A stretch of DNA of 64,000 nucleotides from a virus. The notes under the pieces are model-generated. The model was not told the DNA's origin. It was given only the letters and a program-made list of their open reading frames with translations, and did no database searches. The position numbers and the translations under genes were made by a program. The DNA is taken from IMG/VR virus record IMGVR_UViG_3300027733_000001. The stretch is one strand, 5' to 3'. Positions 57,330 through 64,000 of the stretch are shown piece by piece (position 1 is the stretch's first letter; every line of letters starts with the position of its first letter).

Positions 57330-59579
57330 TTAGACGTCTAAGCTGTCAGATTTAGCCATGTTGATGGATAACTCTGGAGACTTGCGTTTAAGGAAAATAA
57401 TAAGCTCACCGGTGTTTTTAAATACGTTTGTAACCAGCTCAACTAGTTCAGGCAAGTCACCGCGCCCATACATTTCTTTAAACTTGTCGGTTTCCCAATG
57501 CAGCAAGAAAAGGATGCGTCCAAGGCGGTCCATAGACTCGACCAGGGATGGGAGATATTCTGAGATTTTGTCGCCCACAGAAACATATTTTGCGAGAGCA
57601 CCAATAGTGTGCGTATCGAAAATTTCTTTCTGTCCGTTCTGTGCGAGCGCCACAGCCTGCTGCACAATTTTTGGGTCAATGCCTTTTACTTCAGACATGG
57701 TACCTAAATCCTGACGGGTTGGGTTGCCTACATAACTGTCAAAGTTAGACAACGTGTTTTCTTGTCCAATTCCTACTGTAGTAGGTTGACCGAACTCGTT
57801 AGTGTAGGGCTGTTCTTCAAACGGCTGAGGATATACATCCCCAGTAAATGCCAATTTGATGTGTCCTTTTTTAGTGAAGCTAGGTACAAGAGAGTCGACC
57901 AGCTCTGAAGCTACTTTTTCATCCAAGCCAAGGTCCATAACCATTGCAATCTTGGCTTGTAGAGGATCGTCGTATCTTTTCTTAGCTCCGTTGATATCTA
58001 CGAAATATTCGCTTCCGTTTGTATGCACACTCATAGGGAACACATTTTTGTGTGCAAGGAAAGCGTTTAACGATGCTGGAGAACCTGGTTCAGCTTTAAA
58101 GATTTTTTCTTTAGCTGTCTCAGCCTCACGTTTAACTTTGTCCTGATCCTTTTTCTCTTTCTTGGATGTGCCGAAATCCATCGAAGGATACGTGGGCATG
58201 CTGCAGCAACCAGAGACCACAGGCGAAAGCTTAAGCAGCTTATAGCCTACAGGGACATAGATCATATTGTCTCTGTATTCAAGCCGGTCGCCCTGACGCT
58301 TTGTCATCACCAAACAAATCTCTCTCGCCTTTTTTGGGTGAGTGTAGAAGTTACCTCTGGGAAGGGCATGCACACTGCCTGGGCGATCTGTCTTACCAGC
58401 ATACTCACGATCTCTACCTTCAGCATGTTCTGAGTACGGCTCTACACAAATTCTACGGATTCCTGAAGCATCTTTAAAATTAGCATTAATTCTAAAAGGC
58501 TGTGTTACCTTCAGGTTCTCGTTAATTAATACGTAGGTGTTTGTATACCCTGGCTGTCCTTCGGCCGCATCAACCATCATCTTATGTATGGCAGAATAGT
58601 CCTGTACCTTGATCTGATCTTTAATGAATACCTGCTTCTGATCTTTGATGAAGGTTGTGCCTTCGTTACCCTCAAGGTCAACCACTAACACGTCATCTAC
58701 AGAAAAATCCTGCTGCAGTTGTTTTGGACGTACAAGAATCAACCCGTAACGTAAACCTCCAAGTCTAGTGATATATGAATAGAAGCCTGATTCGGTGGGA
58801 TTGGCGAACTTCTTAACGTAGTCTACTACCCCAAAAGAAGATTTTTCCCCAGCGTCGCGATCGTCAATGATTACATACCCTTGTGTGAGGAGTTTTTGCT
58901 TATCCTCTTTACCGAGTTTTTTAGCCTCGGCAGTATCTGTAGTCTTAACCAGTTTGAGTTTTTTTGTAGCTTCTGGAGATTTGCGATAGTCATCTCCGTC
59001 ATCAAGAGCAATTGCTTCAGCAATTTTTTCCAGTGTATAGAAACGTAGAAGAGCTTCACAGAACTCGGCATCCTTCTCAATCAACTCTGTGAAAGCTTTT
59101 TTGGTAGGATTACCCACATCTTTCACATAATCAATCACAGAAGCGATAGCGTAACGCCCTGTTCTAGGAGGCACACTCATCTGGCGATAGTCGCCCTGAG
59201 TAGCGTCTCGCATAATATCTGTCCTGTTCTCTTTAGAATTTTCACCCAGACCCAAGAGCTCATCCTTGATAAACATCTCAGCAAAATCTTCATTTAAGGG
59301 GTAGAACTGCTCGTTATTCTTACTATACAACAAATCTAGATTTTTAACCTTACCGTTAATAAAAAACGCCGGCACAAACAAAATTTGCCCATTCTTGGAT
59401 CTAAAGCCAAAAACTCCTAAAGCTTTAGTATTGCCCTCGTTCTTTTTAACAATCTCAAACCCTACAAGGTAAGGAATCAAGTTTTTAAGTGTGTCTTGCA
59501 ACCGCTGATACGCGAGCTGAAAAAACGCGCCCTCGATCTGGTCGTCCGCTGCGTACTTGGTTAAATTAGGTTTGCGCAT
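57330..59579 (-). CDS. large putative head protein (749 aa)
   Basis: N-terminal LTKYAAD, internal EKIAE and HIKLAF; first gene of the head operon. Confidence 0.65.
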   Translation of the reverse strand: MRKPNLTKYAADDQIEGAFFQLAYQRLQDTLKNLIPYLVGFEIVKKNEGNTKALGVFGFRSKNGQILFVPAFFINGKVKNLDLLYSKNNEQFYPLNEDFAEMFIKDELLGLGENSKENRTDIMRDATQGDYRQMSVPPRTGRYAIASVIDYVKDVGNPTKKAFTELIEKDAEFCEALLRFYTLEKIAEAIALDDGDDYRKSPEATKKLKLVKTTDTAEAKKLGKEDKQKLLTQGYVIIDDRDAGEKSSFGVVDYVKKFANPTESGFYSYITRLGGLRYGLILVRPKQLQQDFSVDDVLVVDLEGNEGTTFIKDQKQVFIKDQIKVQDYSAIHKMMVDAAEGQPGYTNTYVLINENLKVTQPFRINANFKDASGIRRICVEPYSEHAEGRDREYAGKTDRPGSVHALPRGNFYTHPKKAREICLVMTKRQGDRLEYRDNMIYVPVGYKLLKLSPVVSGCCSMPTYPSMDFGTSKKEKKDQDKVKREAETAKEKIFKAEPGSPASLNAFLAHKNVFPMSVHTNGSEYFVDINGAKKRYDDPLQAKIAMVMDLGLDEKVASELVDSLVPSFTKKGHIKLAFTGDVYPQPFEEQPYTNEFGQPTTVGIGQENTLSNFDSYVGNPTRQDLGTMSEVKGIDPKIVQQAVALAQNGQKEIFDTHTIGALAKYVSVGDKISEYLPSLVESMDRLGRILFLLHWETDKFKEMYGRGDLPELVELVTNVFKNTGELIIFLKRKSPELSINMAKSDSLDV

Positions 59580-59603
59580 AGTATGTAATCTGAGATTTAC
59601 TTA

Positions 59604-59632
59604 ATTTTATGAATTTTCTCCTTGTATATCAA
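59604..59632 (-). promoter_or_regulatory. sigma70-like promoter of the head operon
   Basis: TTGATA-N17-TAAAAT. Confidence 0.6.
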
Positions 59633-59655
59633 GAACCATCTCGTTTTTAAAAAGG

Positions 59656-61506
59656 TTAACTCTTTTCTCCAAAACCTACACCATACGCTAGTCCTGGAAT
59701 GGGACTGGCGCCTTTTAAGTCTGATGTAGCGCCTTTATTAACCATATTAACGAAACGTTTGGCTAGATTGGTGCTGTTTAAAACATGCATCCAATCGTCA
59801 TGGTGCTCTGGAATATCTACAAGACGCACCATCACAGGCTCAAAATTAGGATGCTCGTCATGAACAAGCACAGCTTCGATATTATGCTTTTTAAGCTCCG
59901 AGATGACGGCTGAGGTGACCTTTGTACCTATAGTGTAGTGAAGTTCGGGCTTTTCTAGATATTTACCATATGCCAGATCAAGCCTAAGCATCTTTGCCGC
60001 AGGTCTAGGTACATAGTCTTTTTCTATCGCTGAATAGGATACTACCTGGTCGGGGAGATAGTCACCCATTCCTTCAGGGTCGGTGATCTTTACATGATCG
60101 ATAGCTGCCTTAGCTATCAATTCAAAATTACGCCTGTTGACTGGAAGTTTGCTATCGTCGAAAGCTTTCTTCATAGCCTCCATATAATACTTCCTTCCAT
60201 CACCAATTCCACGGTACTTTACCACTTCTCTAGGGTCTACTAGACCAGAACTGAGTACTTGTCCTTGCTCTACACGGTCACCCAGTTTCACAGTAGGAGT
60301 TTGATCTATACCTATGTAATGTTCATGGTCGTTTACCGAAATAAAATGTCCACCTGCAGCTGCTGGCGCAAGCTTGGTGACAAAACCATCTTCCTGAGCT
60401 AGAGGCGCTCTACCTATGAATGTTTTGGGTACATTCGCAAGCTGATTAATAAGCTTAAAGCCCTGCTGACCCCCTAGACTGGTTGCTGCCCCTCCAGAAT
60501 GCCTAGCTTTCATGGCGCTTTCTGTGAGAGGTTCTGCCACAGCCGTACCTGCAACTAGACCTATATAACTGTCCATCGCAGCCATACCCTTTTCACGCTT
60601 ACCTACACACATCTGACATAATCCGCCGGAATGATGCTTTTTATTTGACTGACACGTCATCGGAGAACGTATGAATATGTGGGACACTCCTTTGTTTTTA
60701 AGGTCTGCCAACATCTTTGCGGTAACCTCATTGTTACGGTTGTGTCCGCCCACAGTTTTGGCTAGATACGCTCCTATAGACTCACGATCACTTATAGGGA
60801 TATCTATACCGTTCAAAGTTTCGCAGTCAGCTTCAACGATCTGCAAAGGCATTAGCGCTCTAGCAAACTGTTTTGATCCGTAACCTCCTTGAGCTACCGA
60901 AATTTTCTTCAGTACCTCTCCAGATCTAGTACCGTAGGCTGTAGTCAAATATTCAGGAAGAGTTAGGCCTTCTGCGAAAGAGCTCTTGATAGGTATATCC
61001 ATCTTGGGCTTACCTGACGCATCGACAACTATACCTTGCGTAGCTATAGTGCCCCTATACTGTGCAGGGGAGCCTCGGGAACCTGCCAGAATAATCTTAG
61101 CCAAAGATTTATTATCCTTGAGTCCTTTATCCAGGATGTCTCGTTCAATACTAGACATCATGTTATTGTAATGATCAAAAATCTGCTTATCTTTTAGAGC
61201 CTGAGAATCGTTGGAAGATTCTACTGTGGTTTTAAATTTCTCAAAATTATCCCATAGCTTGTTCTTGTCTATCGGGGATATCAGATCCTTGAGCGTTATA
61301 GATGTACCCTGTCTGGTGGATATTTCAAAACCTAGCCTTGTCAGATCAGATGCTATCTTACTGTATTCGTTTGGAGCCTTTTCAGCCAGCTCGGCAAACA
61401 ACTTGGATATGCCTTTCCCGTCAAGCATAGCCCCATCAACAAGCTCATGAAATTGATGAGGTATGAAGAATTTCAATAAGACTCTTCCAACAGTCGTGGT
61501 TGCCAT
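59656..61506 (-). CDS. rpoC: RNA polymerase beta' subunit, C-terminal part
   Basis: TTVGR start, GSRGS, PIKSSFAEGL, bridge helix YGTRSG...GGY, second Zn site (EADC, SPMTC, CQMC), trigger loop EPLTESAMKARHSGG. Confidence 0.93.
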   Translation of the reverse strand: MATTTVGRVLLKFFIPHQFHELVDGAMLDGKGISKLFAELAEKAPNEYSKIASDLTRLGFEISTRQGTSITLKDLISPIDKNKLWDNFEKFKTTVESSNDSQALKDKQIFDHYNNMMSSIERDILDKGLKDNKSLAKIILAGSRGSPAQYRGTIATQGIVVDASGKPKMDIPIKSSFAEGLTLPEYLTTAYGTRSGEVLKKISVAQGGYGSKQFARALMPLQIVEADCETLNGIDIPISDRESIGAYLAKTVGGHNRNNEVTAKMLADLKNKGVSHIFIRSPMTCQSNKKHHSGGLCQMCVGKREKGMAAMDSYIGLVAGTAVAEPLTESAMKARHSGGAATSLGGQQGFKLINQLANVPKTFIGRAPLAQEDGFVTKLAPAAAGGHFISVNDHEHYIGIDQTPTVKLGDRVEQGQVLSSGLVDPREVVKYRGIGDGRKYYMEAMKKAFDDSKLPVNRRNFELIAKAAIDHVKITDPEGMGDYLPDQVVSYSAIEKDYVPRPAAKMLRLDLAYGKYLEKPELHYTIGTKVTSAVISELKKHNIEAVLVHDEHPNFEPVMVRLVDIPEHHDDWMHVLNSTNLAKRFVNMVNKGATSDLKGASPIPGLAYGVGFGEKS

Positions 61507-61934
61507 TATCTTTTAAGCCGGTTTTGAAGTACATCAAACAACGATACTTGAGCAGTCTTACTTACCTGGTTATGCACCTGGCCCACTCCAGGAAAGTCTT
61601 TAGAGTCTGCGGCATCTAGAGAAAGTTTCTTAGTGTCCTGTTGTTTGTTAGGAAGGACTATTTCTTCTTTTTCTTTCTGCATCTTATTCAGTGCATCAAA
61701 TTCCTTAAACGCATCACCCATCAATTCTCCCTCAGTATTAGACTCAGCTTGTTGGTCGGGGGTAGCCATAGTAATATCGTTATCACCAAGCTCCTCATCC
61801 TCGGAGTTATTGATTGTTCGGGGATCTGAAAAATCCTCAGCTATCTTTGATTTGATAAAACAGGCAAGATCATAATTTTCATCCTCGCGAGCGAAGGAAT
61901 CCAAGTAGGATGCTAGTTTTGTAAAGTCCGGCAT
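61506..61934 (-). CDS. acidic K-x-A protein
   Basis: MPDFTKLASY...VSKTAQ. Confidence 0.7.
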   Translation of the reverse strand: MPDFTKLASYLDSFAREDENYDLACFIKSKIAEDFSDPRTINNSEDEELGDNDITMATPDQQAESNTEGELMGDAFKEFDALNKMQKEKEEIVLPNKQQDTKKLSLDAADSKDFPGVGQVHNQVSKTAQVSLFDVLQNRLKR

Positions 61935-61945
61935 ACAATTAAAGA

Positions 61946-62836
61946 TTATGAGCCCATTGGGGTAGGGTATATGCCTCCTCCACCCATCATGCCTTGCTGA
62001 TCAGTTTGCTGCTGTTGTTGCGCCTGCTGCTGGGCAGCGTCTGCTTTCTGCTTACTCTGATCCATTTTCTGCTTATGAGTGTCCGCTAATTGTTTAACCT
62101 TCAACAAAGAGGCTGTAGCTGTGCCCTTACCTACAAGGTCTAGCAGCTCGCGAACAGTTAATGTAACCTTAACGTTATCCAGCTCATTCTTTGCTTCGAT
62201 GGCCGAAGCTTCCGCTTGAGAAGCGTCTTCTTGCGTCGCGTCTTGCCCCTGCTGTGCAGACTCCTGTGGCTGCTGAGGCATACCTTCTCCGCCGCCCATC
62301 ATTTCTGGGGAATATCCTCCACCTCCACCCTGTAAAGCTGCATATAAATCTTCTTCAGTAGATGCCTGCGCAACCATCCCTCCTTGCTGAGGCATTCCCT
62401 GCTGCGGCTGAGGTTGTCCTTGCGGTGCTCCTCCCTGCTGAGCCATTTGGGCTTCTTGTGCCTGTATCTGCTGCATCAAGGCCATCAATTGCTGCTGCTG
62501 CTGGTCAGGGGGCAGATTCTGTAGCTGCTGCAGAGTGGGAGCAATCTGCTGCTGAACTTCAGGAGGAAGATTTTGCGCCTCAGCCATAACTTGACTCATC
62601 AGATCTTGACCTGCAGGCTGCTGCGCTTGCTGCGGAGCCTGTGCAGCTTGAGGCGGTTGTGCTGGTGCAGCTGCTGCTTGCGGTTGAGCTTGCTGCTGTT
62701 GAGGTGCGCCCTGTTGCTGAGCCTGTTGCTGTTGAGCCATGGCATCAGGATTAGGCACAAATGCTTTTTTTACCACCGGCTTAGAAGCCTTTTTAGTGAT
62801 ATTGTTATAGTTTTCGATTAGTTCGGCAATTTTCAT
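61946..62836 (-). CDS. Gln/Ala/Pro-rich low-complexity protein
   Basis: MKIAE...KKAS...KKAF then poly-Q tracts; a short folded segment VKVTLTVRELLDLVGKG. Confidence 0.75.
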   Translation of the reverse strand: MKIAELIENYNNITKKASKPVVKKAFVPNPDAMAQQQQAQQQGAPQQQQAQPQAAAAPAQPPQAAQAPQQAQQPAGQDLMSQVMAEAQNLPPEVQQQIAPTLQQLQNLPPDQQQQQLMALMQQIQAQEAQMAQQGGAPQGQPQPQQGMPQQGGMVAQASTEEDLYAALQGGGGGYSPEMMGGGEGMPQQPQESAQQGQDATQEDASQAEASAIEAKNELDNVKVTLTVRELLDLVGKGTATASLLKVKQLADTHKQKMDQSKQKADAAQQQAQQQQQTDQQGMMGGGGIYPTPMGS

Positions 62837-63033
62837 GTAGCGTTCTCCAGTTCAATTATCTTAAAAATTTTTTCACGTAAGTCTTTTCTTATAGTAGACA
62901 GTTTGCCTTGTGCTGCGGTGTTACTAAGTTCATGACGGCCTTTTTCAATAGCGATAAACGTATTTAAGTACATCTGCAACTCATCAAGCTTTTCATTTTC
63001 ACTCAACTGCAGCCATATATTTTCATCAAGCAT
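62833..63033 (-). CDS. small hypothetical protein
   Basis: 66 aa, ATGA-coupled to the next gene. Confidence 0.65.
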   Translation of the reverse strand: MLDENIWLQLSENEKLDELQMYLNTFIAIEKGRHELSNTAAQGKLSTIRKDLREKIFKIIELENAT

Positions 63034-63093
63034 AACGCAAACCTAGGTAAGAATAAAGATTATTATTGTGCGCCTGCTCCGCACAACTAATAC

Positions 63094-63999
63094 TTATACA
63101 TCCACCCGATCGCCAACATCAAGCTTTCCCGCTAAAAAATCTTTCACAACTTCTTGAGCCGAAGAATATTTCTTGGGAGTATTTTTCTTGTCTTCGAAAC
63201 TAGCTGCAAACAATCCGGTCGCAGATTCGTTTGATGGGGTATACATCGGACCAAAAGTCCTGTGATAGATTAGGTTTTTCTCGGGCAGCAATTTCTCTTT
63301 AATTTCCTCCTTGGCTTCATCCGTAGCCGGGAGCTGCACATTGAGCTGGTCTCCGTCAGAGTCTGCTCCATAACCTTTAAACACTAGTGGACTCATCTTT
63401 ATAGAGAAGTCCTTGGGATCTGGGTTCATCTTCAGGTACATTCCCTGAAAATTGTATTTTGATAGCTGTGGATCTCTAGTCACGATACCCGGCCGATCTT
63501 CCATCTCTAGATGTAGAGCAGTCAAGGCTAACGGATGCTTTTTCTCGAGATATTCTCTAGCTTTTGTGGCAGGTACTCCTTGGCGCACAAGTCGACGAAT
63601 AATGAACGGTCCAAAGATATTCCAGGCCAGCGGCTGAGGAATACTTGCCTGATTAAGATCTAGTTTAGCGTCAGGTAACAATACAGCTCTACCTACCAGG
63701 TCAATAGGTTTGTTAACAACCTTCGCCTGGAACATAGACTCTTTCGCTGATCCGCCTTGAAGGCCTAGAGCCGAAGCAAGCAACCCTTTATATTTTTTCT
63801 CAATACTTTTCTGTTTGATGGGACCGCCGAGACCATACACAGCCTTAAGCCCGTTATAGATTTGTTTTCTTGCGGTGTGTAAATGCTCCGGATCAGTGTC
63901 TGGATTGTCTTTTGCCTGTCCTAGCGAGTTGTTAACAAGCATAAGATCTTTATACAGCTCATTAACATCTGCAGTTAATGCCTGATCTCCCTGAACCAT
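63094..63999 (-). CDS. rpoC: RNA polymerase beta' subunit, catalytic part (5'-partial, continues beyond the window)
   Basis: KPIDLVGRAVL, TRDPQL (NRAPTL equivalent), PLVFKGYGADSDGDQLNVQLP; catalytic Asp triad at 63349-63369. Confidence 0.93.
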   Translation of the reverse strand: MVQGDQALTADVNELYKDLMLVNNSLGQAKDNPDTDPEHLHTARKQIYNGLKAVYGLGGPIKQKSIEKKYKGLLASALGLQGGSAKESMFQAKVVNKPIDLVGRAVLLPDAKLDLNQASIPQPLAWNIFGPFIIRRLVRQGVPATKAREYLEKKHPLALTALHLEMEDRPGIVTRDPQLSKYNFQGMYLKMNPDPKDFSIKMSPLVFKGYGADSDGDQLNVQLPATDEAKEEIKEKLLPEKNLIYHRTFGPMYTPSNESATGLFAASFEDKKNTPKKYSSAQEVVKDFLAGKLDVGDRVDV

Positions 64000-64000
64000 G

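Noticed and set aside
57330-59579. Portal protein
   Set aside because: Size and position are compatible, but no portal motif could be recognised, so it is left unassigned.
1-64000. Stop-codon reassignment (code 15 or 4)
   Set aside because: Long genes are intact under code 11, and TAG stops are followed closely by the next start or another stop (e.g. 3095, 11526, 21013, 43598).
1-64000. CRISPR array, DGR, integrase/transposase, inteins or group I introns in terL or RNAP
   Set aside because: No regularly spaced repeats, no reverse transcriptase or TR/VR pair, no recombinase motifs, and no splice-junction or homing-endonuclease signatures were seen.

Overview
A 64-kb segment of a large contractile-tailed (myovirus-type) bacteriophage using the standard genetic code. 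Almost all genes are on the minus strand. Reading in transcription direction (right to left), the window holds: two pieces of a split, divergent multi-subunit RNA polymerase beta' subunit (catalytic motif GADSDGD) with three small genes between them; a long head module (candidate internal proteins, HK97/assemblin-type prohead protease, scaffold-like protein, decoration protein, major capsid protein); neck genes, sheath, tube, spike, tail chaperones with a -1 frameshift signal, tape measure, and a baseplate cluster with an embedded sigma70-family gene; five paralogous tail/fibre genes including a 2418-aa adhesin; and an RNA cluster (tmRNA with a 31-aa tag, an initiator-type tRNA-CAU lacking the 3GC pairs, a tRNA with a 26-nt BHB-like anticodon insert, and a hairpin-dense ncRNA candidate). 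The terminase region, with two AAA ATPases and an AT-hook protein, closes the left end. The most notable observations are the RNA cluster, a K-x-A motif at the N-termini of about 12 head-associated proteins, and the phage RNAP + sigma + sigma70-like late promoter combination. All family assignments come from motif recognition by eye; no database searches were run. No portal gene, RNAP beta subunit, CRISPR array or mobile element was recognised in the window.
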